Positions 14,661-26,732 of a stretch of 64,000 nucleotides of DNA are shown in pieces; the first letter of the stretch is position 1; each line of letters starts with the position of its first letter. The DNA lies in contig NC_042998.1 of NCBI RefSeq assembly GCF_006345805.1, positions 101,060,001 through 101,124,000 of the forward strand. The letters run 5' to 3'. A program made the position numbers and the translations under genes. Origin of the DNA: Octopus sinensis (taxonomy: Eukaryota). A model generated the notes under the pieces. The model saw nothing but the letters and a program-made list of their open reading frames with translations. It had not been told where the DNA came from and did not search any database.

Positions 14661-15471
14661 ATGCAATGCCTTAACCTTATGGCTTGGACTGACTTGATAA
14701 AAATGATTTTATTGATGAGTCGACGATGGTTTGGAGAAACACTACAGGGGTGTTTGGACATATGAATGATTTAGTGAATCGTGCGAGACGCGTTGATTCC
14801 CCTAGGGGTGTGATTAAGTCGTTTCTCATTAGATCCGCTATGGCTGACATTAGACTTAGGAAAGATAGCAGAACTGCTGAGGAAAGCAGAAAATGTTTCA
14901 CCATGCTTACAAGGAAGATGCACTTTAGAAAAACACTCAATTTGACTTTAAAGAACAAATCCCCAGAGTCTAGAAAAACAGAACAGTTACTGCATGATCA
15001 AAGTTGTTACAGCTATACCTGACGTTTCGAGGTGGCTGTATGGATGATAGAGGACGAAACGTGCTACAGAGTAGCCTAAAAGAACACAGGCATTCCTCGG
15101 TAGCATCAATGCTGCTCGGCATCAATGAGGCGATACTCTCAGGGAGTAATCAAATCGTTGGGATCTCTAGTCGAGGCAGTATTTAATTAACATAACTATC
15201 TATATATCATACTTAATGTATACACAGTCGATAGTCTAGTTGGTGTAGTATTTTTCCTGAGATAATAACTCTTATGAATCCTCCGTGTTTAAAACACAAG
15301 GATTATCAGAGACAAACGAAAATTTGTCCCATCAGTGGTCAGTGAAAAAGCCAGTTACATTTCGGCCCTTTCAGTGGTGTGTACTCGTATCCATCCATCC
15401 ATCCATCCATCCATCCATCCATCCATCCATCCGTCCGTCCATCCATCCATCCATCCATCTATCTATCTATC

Positions 15472-15778
<307 letters not shown>

Positions 15779-15779
15779 A

Positions 15780-17165
15780 AAAAAAAACAAAAAAAAAACA
15801 ATAATTTATAAAGTAATAAACAAAAAAACAAGAAGAACAGAAAATGCACCGCAGGAAAAAATCGATAAATGCCTTCGTCCTGCATGGGACTCCAAGGAAT
15901 ATATCAGTTGGGGAAACAAATTTGGTACAGTCCAAGTACGTTTCCTCAACGAAAGTTTAGCAAAACGTTTTTCCACATTGGAGCTGCATTCGGACGACTT
16001 GGTAATGATACCAGTCTATTTAAACAAAAGGGTCACGAAAGTCCAAATAAAAAACATACCATTTGATGTCGAAACACAATGGTTGGTCTCGGCCATCTGC
16101 TTTGAAATGTCAGAGACAATGTCAGAGACAAACATCCTGGAAATCGCGGTTCTAGGAGAGAAAGACTATGTGGGCCAATCAATCGAATTCCTGCTTCAAT
16201 TGGATGAAGCAGCAAGAGAGAAGATACCCACCGCTATAGAACTGCCAGGAGGCTACAAACTCTATATAGTGGTAGAGGGCAGGCGACCACGCTGCTATTT
16301 GTGTGGAAGCGAAACACACTTGAAAAAGACGTGCCCAACCACTGCACACAAGAGCAACAACAACAACCACTACCACAACCAAAGCACTCCGGAAAAAAAG
16401 CTCTACTACCCACACCACCATCAACACAGAAGACGACAAGAGAAGCACACCAAGCTAATCCGTCATCAACCAAAAACCACTCGACACCTGAAAAAATACC
16501 AACACCACCATCAACAGCAAAACCCAAAGGAACAGAAAAACAAAGAAAACACACAAACTGATCCCCCATCCCTTATACCGCACTCAACACACACAAACAC
16601 TCAACAACCAACAACAACGAAAACAACAACACAACCACTTACACAGACATACATAGAAGCCCACAACATACCCCTACCCCCTTCTGATTCCTCAGAAATT
16701 TCGTCGGAAGACGAAACCAGTGAGGAATGGCAAATAGCTACAAAAAGAAGGAAAATAAAGAGCAGAAACACAACCAAACCAAATGCAAACACGAACAAAG
16801 CAGGGGGAAATACATCTCCCGAAGACATTTCAAAACCCAACGCAAACAACAGCCACACCAACACCACAAAAACATATACAGCAAACATGCTCACAGCCAT
16901 AGACACCAAAAACACAAATTTGATGGAATACATCCAATCAAAAACAAACATAACAGAAGATGACATAAAAACAAACAATCACCCATACACAACACCACCA
17001 GACCACATCAAAATATTACACTCAAAAGTCTGCACCACACACTCAAAGGCATTTTCCCCAGTGCGGTTGGTAAATGCCAAAAATATCTCACAAAGAAACT
17101 GTACTGGGATCTTCTCGAGGACAAACCAACGGAGGAGAAAGCAAAAACTTTCGAGCAGTAAGTAA
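15780..17165 (+). CDS. LINE ORF1 (Gag-like nucleic acid-binding protein), lacking its start; probably contains compensating indels
   Basis: VVEGRRPRCYLCGSETHLKKTC = CX2CX4HX4C, followed by a low-complexity P/T/Q/K region. The supplied ORF start at 15699 runs through copy A and the (CT)n tract and is not real. Confidence 0.8.
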   Translation, partial: KKNKKKTIIYKVINKKTRRTENAPQEKIDKCLRPAWDSKEYISWGNKFGTVQVRFLNESLAKRFSTLELHSDDLVMIPVYLNKRVTKVQIKNIPFDVETQWLVSAICFEMSETMSETNILEIAVLGEKDYVGQSIEFLLQLDEAAREKIPTAIELPGGYKLYIVVEGRRPRCYLCGSETHLKKTCPTTAHKSNNNNHYHNQSTPEKKLYYPHHHQHRRRQEKHTKLIRHQPKTTRHLKKYQHHHQQQNPKEQKNKENTQTDPPSLIPHSTHTNTQQPTTTKTTTQPLTQTYIEAHNIPLPPSDSSEISSEDETSEEWQIATKRRKIKSRNTTKPNANTNKAGGNTSPEDISKPNANNSHTNTTKTYTANMLTAIDTKNTNLMEYIQSKTNITEDDIKTNNHPYTTPPDHIKILHSKVCTTHSKAFSPVRLVNAKNISQRNCTGIFSRTNQRRRKQKLSSSK

Positions 17166-17192
17166 CCCTCTGTATTCTAATTCATTAGAACT

Positions 17193-20100
17193 ATGATCAA
17201 GATTGGTTGTGTAAATGCGCGTGGCTTGGGGTCCCCTTGGAAACAAGGGTACCTCTTAAATGACATAAAGTCACATAAGTTAGAAATCATAGCCATAAGC
17301 GAGACCAGACTCCACAATCCGCGGGCCCTAAAGACCATGTTTGGCGGACAGTTCAACATTTATTTTTCCCCCTGTCTGCCGAGAATGGGCGGTAGTGGCA
17401 CCGCGGTACTTTTTCACAAGAGTCTGGATCTCAATGTAAGGACAATATTCGTAGACCCGGAGGGTAGACTGGTCGTCCTGGATGTCGACGGCAGCAATGG
17501 GTGCGCTTTTCGACTCGTATCAGTTTACGCACCGCCCTTAACAGGTCGGGCGGATTTCTTTCAACGTCTAGAAGTTTTCTTGGAACGTCTCGTCCTTTAC
17601 TCTTAGTGGGGGATTGGAATGCTACCTTGGACACGCATGTAGACTACGTGGGTAGAGATAGGAATAGACGGAGATGCAAATGCCTCAGAGACCTGCTCAG
17701 ACGCTTTCAACTGTCTGACAGGTTCCGACTAGACCACCCGAATGCGCCAACGTGGACATGGAGCAACCGCATCGGGTCGTCTAGATCGTATCTAGATAGG
17801 ATACTGTGTAGGACAGTAGATAGTGATAGCATAGGATGTCCACAATTCCACATAGTCAGCTACACGGATCACAAACTTGTGACATGTACGCTAGACTTAG
17901 GTAAGACACTTAGGCAGGGTCCCGGATACTGGAAACTAAACGCGTCCTTCCCATCGAGACAAGTTTTCAGAGACCGGATTAGCACACTAGTAAAGAGGCT
18001 TTGACGGGAGCCATCATCAACAACAAATGGTGGTTTGCCCTCAAGAGAGCAGTAAAAGCAGAAGCGATTAGGTACAGCAAAGCACTAGCCATAGATAGAA
18101 ATAGAGTAGAGGGTGAGCTAGTTAAGAAGCTAGAAGAGGCAATTAGAAGCGGCATCGCATCGACGTTTTGGCGGCGAGGTTGGCCCTCGACCAACACTTC
18201 AACGCCAAACACGAAGGATGTGCTGTCAGAGCTAGGATGCGTGCTCTAAGGAACGAAGGTGTTGGAGCCGCGAGAGAGGCCCGGGTGGCAGAGGCGCAAC
18301 AGGGCAACAAAGCCACCATTCGGTCACTGGTAGATGAACAGGGGCGCGAATTGCTCGAGCCAAGTAAGATGTGTGAGGCCTTTCAGCAGCATTTTGCCCG
18401 ACTGTTCGAACGAGTGGAGGGCAAGAACGTAGGGTGGACTTCAGTGCCTACCTACATAGCCTACCACGACTCTCGACAAGAAAGGCAGGGTGCTGCGAAG
18501 GTGCCATCACGGCGGCGGAAGTGCGGGAAGCGATGGCAGAATGCTCGAGGGACAAATCACCGGGTTTGGATGGTCTACCCTACGAGCTTTACAATTGTAT
18601 GCCAGACTTGTTTGGAGATCTCTTGGCGGCGGTGTACTGCAACTGGCAGCAAAACGGGAGCATTCCTGTTTTGTGAGCCGAGGAGCCGTAACACTGCTGA
18701 AGAAAGATCTAAACAAGGGAAATGTAATAGATAACTTTAGGCCCATCACTCTGCTTAATGCAGACTTGAAAATTTTGGCCAAGGTGCTAGCCAAGAGGTT
18801 GGCGCTTGTCATCGAGAAACTGGTCGACAAGGCGCAAACATGCGCCGTGCCAGGCCGGACCATCCATGACAACCTCCATCTAATGCGCTACATCATAGAC
18901 AGGGTAGTTAACGAACCTGGCATGGGTGGGGCCCTGATCAACTTGGATCAATCGAAAGCCTTTGATAGGGTAGACCATCGATACTTGGAGGCAGTCCTGA
19001 GAGCGGCTGGTTTCGGTCCCGTCTTCCGCGGCTGGATAGCTGCCTTGTACAGAGGCATCCGTTCGGTAATTCGCGTAAATGGACATCTATCGAGACCTTT
19101 CGACATTGCACGTTCGGTCCGTCAGGGATGCCCGCTCTCGGCGCTTCTATACGTATTGACTCTTGAGCCACTACTGCGGAAGCTGGCGACTCTAAGGGGC
19201 ATCCCGCGAGAATTGGGATGCGGGACGAGCGTGTCTGCATACGCGGACGACGTCACCGTCATAGTGTCTAGCCACGAGCACATCGAGCTGGTCGGCGAGA
19301 CACTGAAAGACTACGAAGCGGTGACAGGAGCGAAAATCAACCGGGAAAAGTCAGTGGGCTTGCGACTAGGCACCTGGAGAAGCAAGCCCATGCCGTCCAC
19401 CAGCGCCTCCGTCGTGGGACGCTGGACCGACGGCCCGGTTGAGTTGCTCGGGGTCTGGTTTGGTCCGGACCTCCAAGTGGAGAAGAACTGGAACGAGATA
19501 ACGAGTAGGGTGGTCACTCTCGCCCGGCAATGGGCCGAGAGGAAACTGTCCCTAAAAGGTCGAGCGGAGGTGGCGAACACGTACATCGCGTCCGTCATCT
19601 ACTACCGCCTGACCGTCGTACCTTGTCCCGACCCTACCATCACCAAACTACAACGCATCCTCTTTCGCTTCTTGTGGAAAGGATGCGTCCCGATGGTCAG
19701 GCGATCCATTTGCTGTCAACACCCGTTAAAAGGAGGGCTGGGGGCATGCCGTGGTTGATGATGCGCAGACACGCGCTGAGACTGCGACATCTCTGGCTCT
19801 ATGTAGACGACGGTGAACAGGTGTGGTCGCCGTTTGTGAGGCACGCTTCCCGCAGCTCGTCTCCATGACCGAACTGCAGTCGTGGATCAAAAAGAGGCCG
19901 AGGAAGGGCGAATGGCACCGCGAGTGTCGCGTTGCTCTCAAGCAACTCTGCCGTCCTGGGTCGACTTAAGTGACTTCAACACAACCAAAGCATTCTATAG
20001 GGGTTTAGTGGAGGGGAGGTACGACGACGAGCTCGGGGCGAACCTGGACGTCGACGAGGAGTACCTGACCCGCCTGTTCGGGACGACTTTCGGGCCAGGG

Positions 20101-20621
20101 CCCATGGACAACTTCCAGAGATCCCTGGCCTGGCAGTGCTACCGAGAAGCGCTACCCGTTCGGGATAAGCTCTACAGACACGGCTCGAGAAACACGGGGC
20201 CGACCTGCCCGAGATGCGGTCAGAGCGACGAAACCGTTCTGCACGCACTCGTTCAGTGTCCAACAATTTCCGACCTGTGGGCTTATGTCGAACAACTGCT
20301 GTCACGTGTGGGACGAGTCGGTTTATCAGCTGAGTCTATCGTCAATATTGTCACGCCTCCTTCCTTCAAACGGGAAGGAAGAGCTATTTTCATCATCCTG
20401 TGGCTATGGCGAAAGAATGTATCTGGTGGACGCGTCTGAAAGGATTGGAGACAAACACTTTCCTCTCTGGTCAATCTCATCAACTTCTTCAAGTACCACT
20501 TGAAAAGAAAGTGAGAGTAGAGAGGCAAGTTTTGTCTAGCGAATGTTTTAAAAAAAGATGGGTGAATGTAGCAAGAATGGCACGTATGAATGACGAAGCC
20601 ACCTTGAGCATAGTCCTATGA
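17193..20621 (+). pseudogene. LINE ORF2 (APE endonuclease, reverse transcriptase, zf-RVT), broken by about 11 indels in this sequence
   Basis: MIKIGCVNARGL...IIAISETRL, LVGDWNA, SYLDRI, SYTDHKLV (APE); KSPGLDGLPYE, NFRPITLLNADLKILAK, LDQSKAFDRVDH, SVRQGCPLS, AYADDV (RT); CPRCGQSDETVLHALVQC. No in-frame stops in the repaired frame. Confidence 0.93.
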
Positions 20622-21016
20622 ACCCAGAAATCGAAAACGAGAGTTGCTTATTTGCAAAAAAAAAAAAAAAAAAAGAAATATAAAATGTGACTTCATTGAC
20701 CGAGGTTACCGTGGTCTTTTCCGTAGGCTTTTCTTTCCACGGGTAAACCTCACCTGTCCTCCCCTTTACACTTCATATTGACATTTCTGTGATAACGATC
20801 CCTATGATCAATTTTTTTTTCCTCTCCCCCTTTTTTTTTAACCCCCCTTTTTTTTTGTCCTCTTTTCTCTCCTTTTACGATCCCTTTTGATCGAAACTCC
20901 CCTTCCTTTTTTTTTCTTTTTTTTTCCTTTTTTTTTTTTTTAAACCTTCAAAAGAAAAGCTCTACCTTGTAATTTGTTCTATCTGTGTGCAGCCCTGTGT
21001 GGCTAATAAAGAAACA

Positions 21017-21105
<89 letters not shown>

Positions 21106-22682
21106 GAGGGGCATCCCGCGAGAATTGGGATGCGGGACGAGCGTGTCTACATAGGAGGGCGACGTCACCGTCATAGTGTCTAGCCACGAGCACATCGAGC
21201 TGGTCGGCGAGACACTGAAAGACTACGAAGTGGTGACAGGAGCGAAAATCAACCGGGAAAAATCAGTGGGTTTGCGGGTCGGCACCCGGAGAAGCAAGCC
21301 CATGCCGTCCATCAGCGCCTCCGTCGTGGGACGCTGGACCGACGGTCCGGTCGAGTTTCTCGGGGTCTGGTTTGGTCCGGACCTCCAAATGGAGAAAAAC
21401 TCGAACGAGATAACGAGTAGGGTGGTCACTCTCGCCCGGCAATGGGCTGGGAGGAAACTGTCCCTAAAAGTTCGGGTGGAGGTGGCGAACTCGTACATCG
21501 CGTCCGACATCTGCTACCGCCTGACCGTCGTGCCTTGTCTCGACCCTACCATCACCAAACTAGAACGCATTCGCTTTCGCTTCTTGTGGAAAGGATGCGA
21601 TCCCGATGATCAGGCGATTCATTTGCTGTCAACATCCGTTAAAAGGAGGACTGGGCATGCCGTGGTTGATGATGTGCAGACACGCGTAGACGACGGTGAA
21701 CAGGTGTGGATGCCGTTTGTGAGGCACGTTTTCCCGCAACTCGTCTCGATGACCAAACTGCAGTCGTGGATCAAAAAGAGGCCGAGGAAGGGCGAATGGC
21801 ACCGTGAGTGTCGCGTTGCTCTCAAGCAACTATGCTGTCCCGGGGCGACCTCGAGTGACTTCAACACAACCAAAGCATTCTATAGGGGATTAGTGGAGGA
21901 GAGATACGACGACGAGCTCCGGGCGAGCCTGGACGTCGACGAGGAATACCTGTTCAGGACGACTTTCGGGCCAGAGCCCATGGACAACTTCCAGAGATCC
22001 CTGGCCTTGCAGTGCTACCGAGAAGTGCTACTCGTTCGGGATAAGCTCTACAGACGGCTCGAGAAACACGGGGCCGACCAGCCCGAGATGCTGTCAGAGC
22101 GACGAAACCATTCTGCACACTCTTGTGCAGTGTCCAACAATTTCCGACCTGTGGGCTTATGTCGAACGACTGCTGTCACGTGTGGGACGAGTCGGTTTAT
22201 CAGCCGAGTCTATCGTCAATATTGTCACGCCTCCTTCCTTCAAACAAGAAGGAAGAGCTATTTTCATCATTCTTGTGGCTATAGCGAAAGAATGTATCTG
22301 GTGGACGCGTCTGAAAGGATTGGAGACAAACACTTTCCTCTCTGGTCAATCTCTCATCAACTTCTTCAAGTATCACTTGAAAAGTAAAGTGAGAGTAGAG
22401 AGGCAAGTTTTGTCTAGCGAATGTTTCAAAAAAAGATGGGTGAATGTAGCAAAGATGGCACGCATGAATGACGAAGCCACCTTGAGCACAATCCTGTGAA
22501 CCCGGAAAATTTTTAAATAGAGGGTTACCTACTTGCAAACAAATGTGACAACATGTAACCTTATTGACCGAGGTTACCGTGGTCTTTTCTGTAGGCTTTT
22601 CTTTTCACGGATAAACCTTATCTGCTCTACTTTGTAATCTGTTGCGGTCTGTGTGCAGCTCTGTGTGGCTAATAAAGAAACA

Positions 22683-22684
<2 letters not shown>
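21106..22684 (+). mobile_element. Tx1/L1-like LINE copy C, 5'-truncated (from just before the YADD motif to the 3' end), decayed
   Basis: High similarity to 19193-21017, with substitutions (YADD region altered) and internal deletions. Flanked by (CTAT)n on both sides. Confidence 0.93.
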
Positions 22685-22763
<79 letters not shown>

Positions 22764-22804
22764 GTCTGTCTGTCTGTCTGTTTCTCTATCTATCTATCTG
22801 CCTA

Positions 22805-22844
<40 letters not shown>

Positions 22845-22896
22845 CCTGCCTACCTACCTACCTACCTACCTACATACATACCTACCTATCTATCTC

Positions 22897-22933
<37 letters not shown>

Positions 22934-23757
22934 ATCTATCTATCTATCTATCTTTCTATCTATACATACATAAAGACATACATACATACATACATACATA
23001 CATACATACAATTATACAATTATACATGTATAAATAAATATACGTATGTGTATATATTTTTCTTATAATTATTAAATTTCAAAATCAAATTTCTAATTCT
23101 ACCAAATGCTACGAAGAAATGGTTATCTCCCTTGTAATTTCCGCGACCACGAGGGGAACCAGACGTATTTGAAAAGATTTAGCTATGATTTTGTGCAAAT
23201 TTGTTTAAACCGTTGGTCGATATCAAAGTGTTATGTTTATAAATAAATATCTGCTTTACAACAGCGAAAGGTTACTGCTTTGAAATATGCACTTGAAACA
23301 AATATGTACATCACCAAAGAATATATCTGAAAACGGCTTGTGAAGTTGCTTGTAGCTAACGCTGAAATTATTGGTTGCTACTTGACATTTACATAAATTA
23401 AAATTCCCTAGATACAAGTTATTATCTAAAGACAAAGAACTTTCTGTCTTTTCTCTCGATTGGAGAAAAAGAAATTGCAAATTACGCGAGCTTCATCTAA
23501 ATTCGAATTTTTTTCCACGTTTAATGAAGCGTCTCACTTTATAGATTGTTCAACTAATAAATCAGAACAACCTGCTGACGATTAAAATTACTGACGACTA
23601 TAAATTATAAAAACTTCGTAATTAAAAAAAAATGAATTTTATGGATTTCTTCCCTATAATTCCTTAATTTTAAATTCACATTTTTAATCCCGCCGAGTTT
23701 TATGAAGTGATTATCTGCCTTGTAATACCCGCGATTACCAGGGGAAACCACAAGTAC

Positions 23758-23825
<68 letters not shown>

Positions 23826-23829
23826 ATAT

Positions 23830-24135
23830 CATCTGGATCGGCCAGGATGTCTGGTGCAGAGTCGGCTCTGCTGGCCACAGCATTCGTTTCATTCCCCTCG
23901 TATTCTCGCAATTCTCCTCTACGTTGTTTCAAACATTTTTCTTCCCACCAGATTGGAGGTCTTTCGAGTGGTCTCTTCGCTCACGGCGGGTACCACTCGA
24001 CAACTGTACGGGTCCACCGATTGTCTGTGAGGCTTGAGACATGACTGGCCCATCATAGCTTTGCGTAGTGTTGTTCTGCGACGACGTCCTTCACTTAAGT
24101 TCTATCCCTGATCTCGTTCGGAGTGTGATCTCTTA
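23830..24135 (-). mobile_element. RTE-clade LINE 3' fragment
   Basis: Minus strand reads IRDRT*VKDVV...KL*WASHVSSLTDNRWTRTVVEWYP; same family as 29025-29400. Confidence 0.8.
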
Positions 24136-24139
24136 GAGA

Positions 24140-24174
<35 letters not shown>

Positions 24175-24311
24175 ACACACACACACAACACACACACGCA
24201 CGTACACGCCCACACGCACACATACATACATACACACATACATACATAGTTCAAATTTACAGAAAACAAAAGACGAAAACAAGTGTAGGGGCAACAAACA
24301 AATACATTAGT

Positions 24312-24348
24312 TTAACGAACGTTTCGAGCCCACGCTCTTCGACAGAAA
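24312..24348 (-). ncRNA. Minimal type I hammerhead-like motif with core variant CUGUCGA
   Basis: Minus strand TTT-CTGTCGA-A-GAGC(GTGG)GCTC-GAAAC(GTTC)GTT-AAA. A6 is replaced by U, so it is probably inactive. Confidence 0.55.
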
Positions 24349-24657
24349 GGATCAAGAGGAAGAAAGGGAGAGAGAGAGAATGAAAAAAAAAAACGAAGAG
24401 AAAAATGTGTAGGGAATAAAACGGTTCAACATGAAAAAGCCAGAATATACATAAGTACATACAATAAAGAAATAATATATATAAGTACATATAAATACAC
24501 ACACACACACACAAACACACACATTTTACACATATAGACACGTGGTACATAAACACGTATTGTCACGGAGCATGCTGCATTTCTAGAATTAAGGACAACA
24601 CGCTTGAAACAGAATCTCAGAACATCGATTCAAGAGCTGTGGATTAACTAGTTTTAC

Positions 24658-24808
24658 CTTTTGTTTTGCTTTGACTCTTTGTTGCTGGATGGAAGTATTT
24701 TCACCAATTGCTTTGCTGCCCCAAAGTTCTTTTCCCAGGAACGTGTATGTGACAATTAGAATAAACATGGGCAGAAAATAGTTGACAATGATCAAGAAAA
24801 TGTTGTAT
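24658..24808 (-). CDS. TACR: Tachykinin receptor exon (TM5, ICL3), 151 bp
   Basis: Acceptor gtctttttacag|A TAC AAC, donor AAG|gtaaaa. Encodes YNIFLIIVNYFLPMFILIVTYTFLGKELWGSKAIGENTSIQQQRVKAKQK. Confidence 0.95.
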
Positions 24809-25055
24809 CTGTAAAAAGACGAATAGATAAATTGGAGGAATGAAAAGAGGGAACAAAAATATATATAGAAAAATAGTGCTTTCTCTTTATCGATTCATTT
24901 ACTCTCTCTAGCTCTCCCTGCCATACATACATACACACATACACATACATAGATACATACATACACACATACATAGATACATACATACACACATATGTAC
25001 ACATATTGTATCTCTATATGTAGGAATATGTATAAGTATGAAATGCATGAGTGTA

Positions 25056-25100
<45 letters not shown>

Positions 25101-25105
<5 letters not shown>

Positions 25106-25300
25106 ATCCAAACATGAAAACACAACAACGCGAGGACGTGGAACAAATATAGTATTATTGGACGCTCAGGAAAGAAGGAAAGAAGGAGGGTTTAACGTTT
25201 CGAGCGGAGCTCTTCGTCAGAAACATAGGAAAAGGAAAGATCCAAAGAAGGGAAGACGGAGGAAAAAAATCGCCAACGGTACACACGCGGTCACATTTTG
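25101..25300 (-). repeat. Hammerhead-bearing dispersed repeat (Penelope pLTR- or retrozyme-like)
   Basis: Near-identical to 58156-58315; both begin directly after a (TA)n tract. Confidence 0.85.
25190..25224 (-). ncRNA. Minimal type I hammerhead ribozyme motif with intact core
   Basis: GTTT-CTGACGA-A-GAGC(TCC)GCTC-GAAA-CGT-T-AAAC: stem I GTTT/AAAC, stem II GAGC/GCTC, palindromic ACGT stem III, predicted cleavage after the U at 25194. Confidence 0.75.
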
Positions 25301-25359
25301 AATTATATAGATAGACAGATAGACGCATGTATATGTATATATATATATATATATATTAC

Positions 25360-25476
25360 ATCACATGACACATGACCGACCAGACCATCAGATGTTGTTA
25401 CACATCGCTGGTCACAATGCGTTCGCATTGTTTTAGCCTTCGAATGACGCCACCCCGCTGGCTAAGCGAGCAAGCC
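25360..25476 (-). repeat. Short dispersed repeat (family D)
   Basis: Near-identical to 412-531. Confidence 0.6.
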
Positions 25477-25513
25477 ATATATATATATATATATATATAC
25501 ATATATATATGCG

Positions 25514-25594
<81 letters not shown>

Positions 25595-25595
<1 letters not shown>

Positions 25596-26394
25596 CACTC
25601 AAGCCCAGCAAAAGTCACCTGTGGTATCCCAAAGGGGACTGCCTGGGACCCGCTTCTGTTTATAGTTTATATAAATGACATTTCAGGCGTTATCAAACAA
25701 AGCAAAGTGAAAATATTCGCCGATGACTCCAAGCTCCTGGATTCTAAGAACCTTCTCGTCCAGAAAACAATGTGTCATCATTCCTCTTTGCTCCTCCTAA
25801 GTACGGCCACACTTCGAATATTGTTGCCTTCTGTGGTCTCCCCACACAAAGCAAAACATTTCGAAAACTGAATCACCCTAGAGGGTATTCGCTAAAAGAA
25901 TTAAGGGCATGACTGATCTCGATTATTGGGACCGCCTTAAAGCATTGAAACTCTATATTCTCCAGCGCCGCCGTGAGCGATACATCGTTTGCATGATGTG
26001 GGGAATATACCACCAGCATTACCCAAACGACCTCAAAATTAGTTTCAGAATTCATCCAAGGATAGGACCACGGGCCATATGTCCCCTACCCAATTCGGGA
26101 TCACAACACATAAATACACTGCAGCACAATTTCTTTTCCTCAACAGGACCTGCCCTATTTAACATTGTCCCAAAACAGATCAAAGAAGAAAATGATACCA
26201 TCACTTTTAAACGGAATCTGGACAAATTTCTTCAAGGGATACTAGATAAGCCACCTACACCTGGATACAACTCATTCAACAAGAACTCCCTACTCGAATG
26301 GACCATGATACCATAAAACCTGACTTAAAAAGGTTTTAGCATATCCTGTCAGGTGGTGCTATTGAGACATGGCCTGGACCAATCTTTGGTCGAA

Positions 26395-26395
<1 letters not shown>
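25595..26395 (+). mobile_element. CR1-clade LINE 3' fragment with an internal deletion
   Basis: VTCGIPKGTAWDPLLFIVYINDI...IFADDSKL jumps to WILRTFSSR...VRPHFEYCCLLWSPH, then RLKALKLYILQRRRERY...GPALFN...FKRNLDKFL. Ends in (ATCT)n. Confidence 0.88.
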
Positions 26396-26488
<93 letters not shown>

Positions 26489-26732
26489 TTGTCTGTCTCT
26501 GCCTGTCGCTCTCTCCCTCTCTCTCTCTCTCATATATACATAATAAAATAAAGTAAGTCAACAAGAAGGAGTATAGTTAGGCAATTATTTTTCCATCACT
26601 ACCAACTTTTGCATAAAACATAGTTCTTCATATACACAGGAATTTGATTACGCAACGGTTTACCTGTATAATGAGATCCAGTTGTACTTCTTCAGGTGAT
26701 ATTCAATTGCATATATATATATATATATAATA

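Larger units (their letters stand above)
15780..21017 (+). mobile_element. Tx1/L1-like LINE copy B, about 5.2 kb, near full length (5'-truncated within ORF1)
   Basis: ORF1 with a CCHC knuckle, ORF2 with APE endonuclease, RT and a terminal CCHC, then a T-rich 3' UTR, AATAAA and a (TATC)n tail. Confidence 0.95.
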
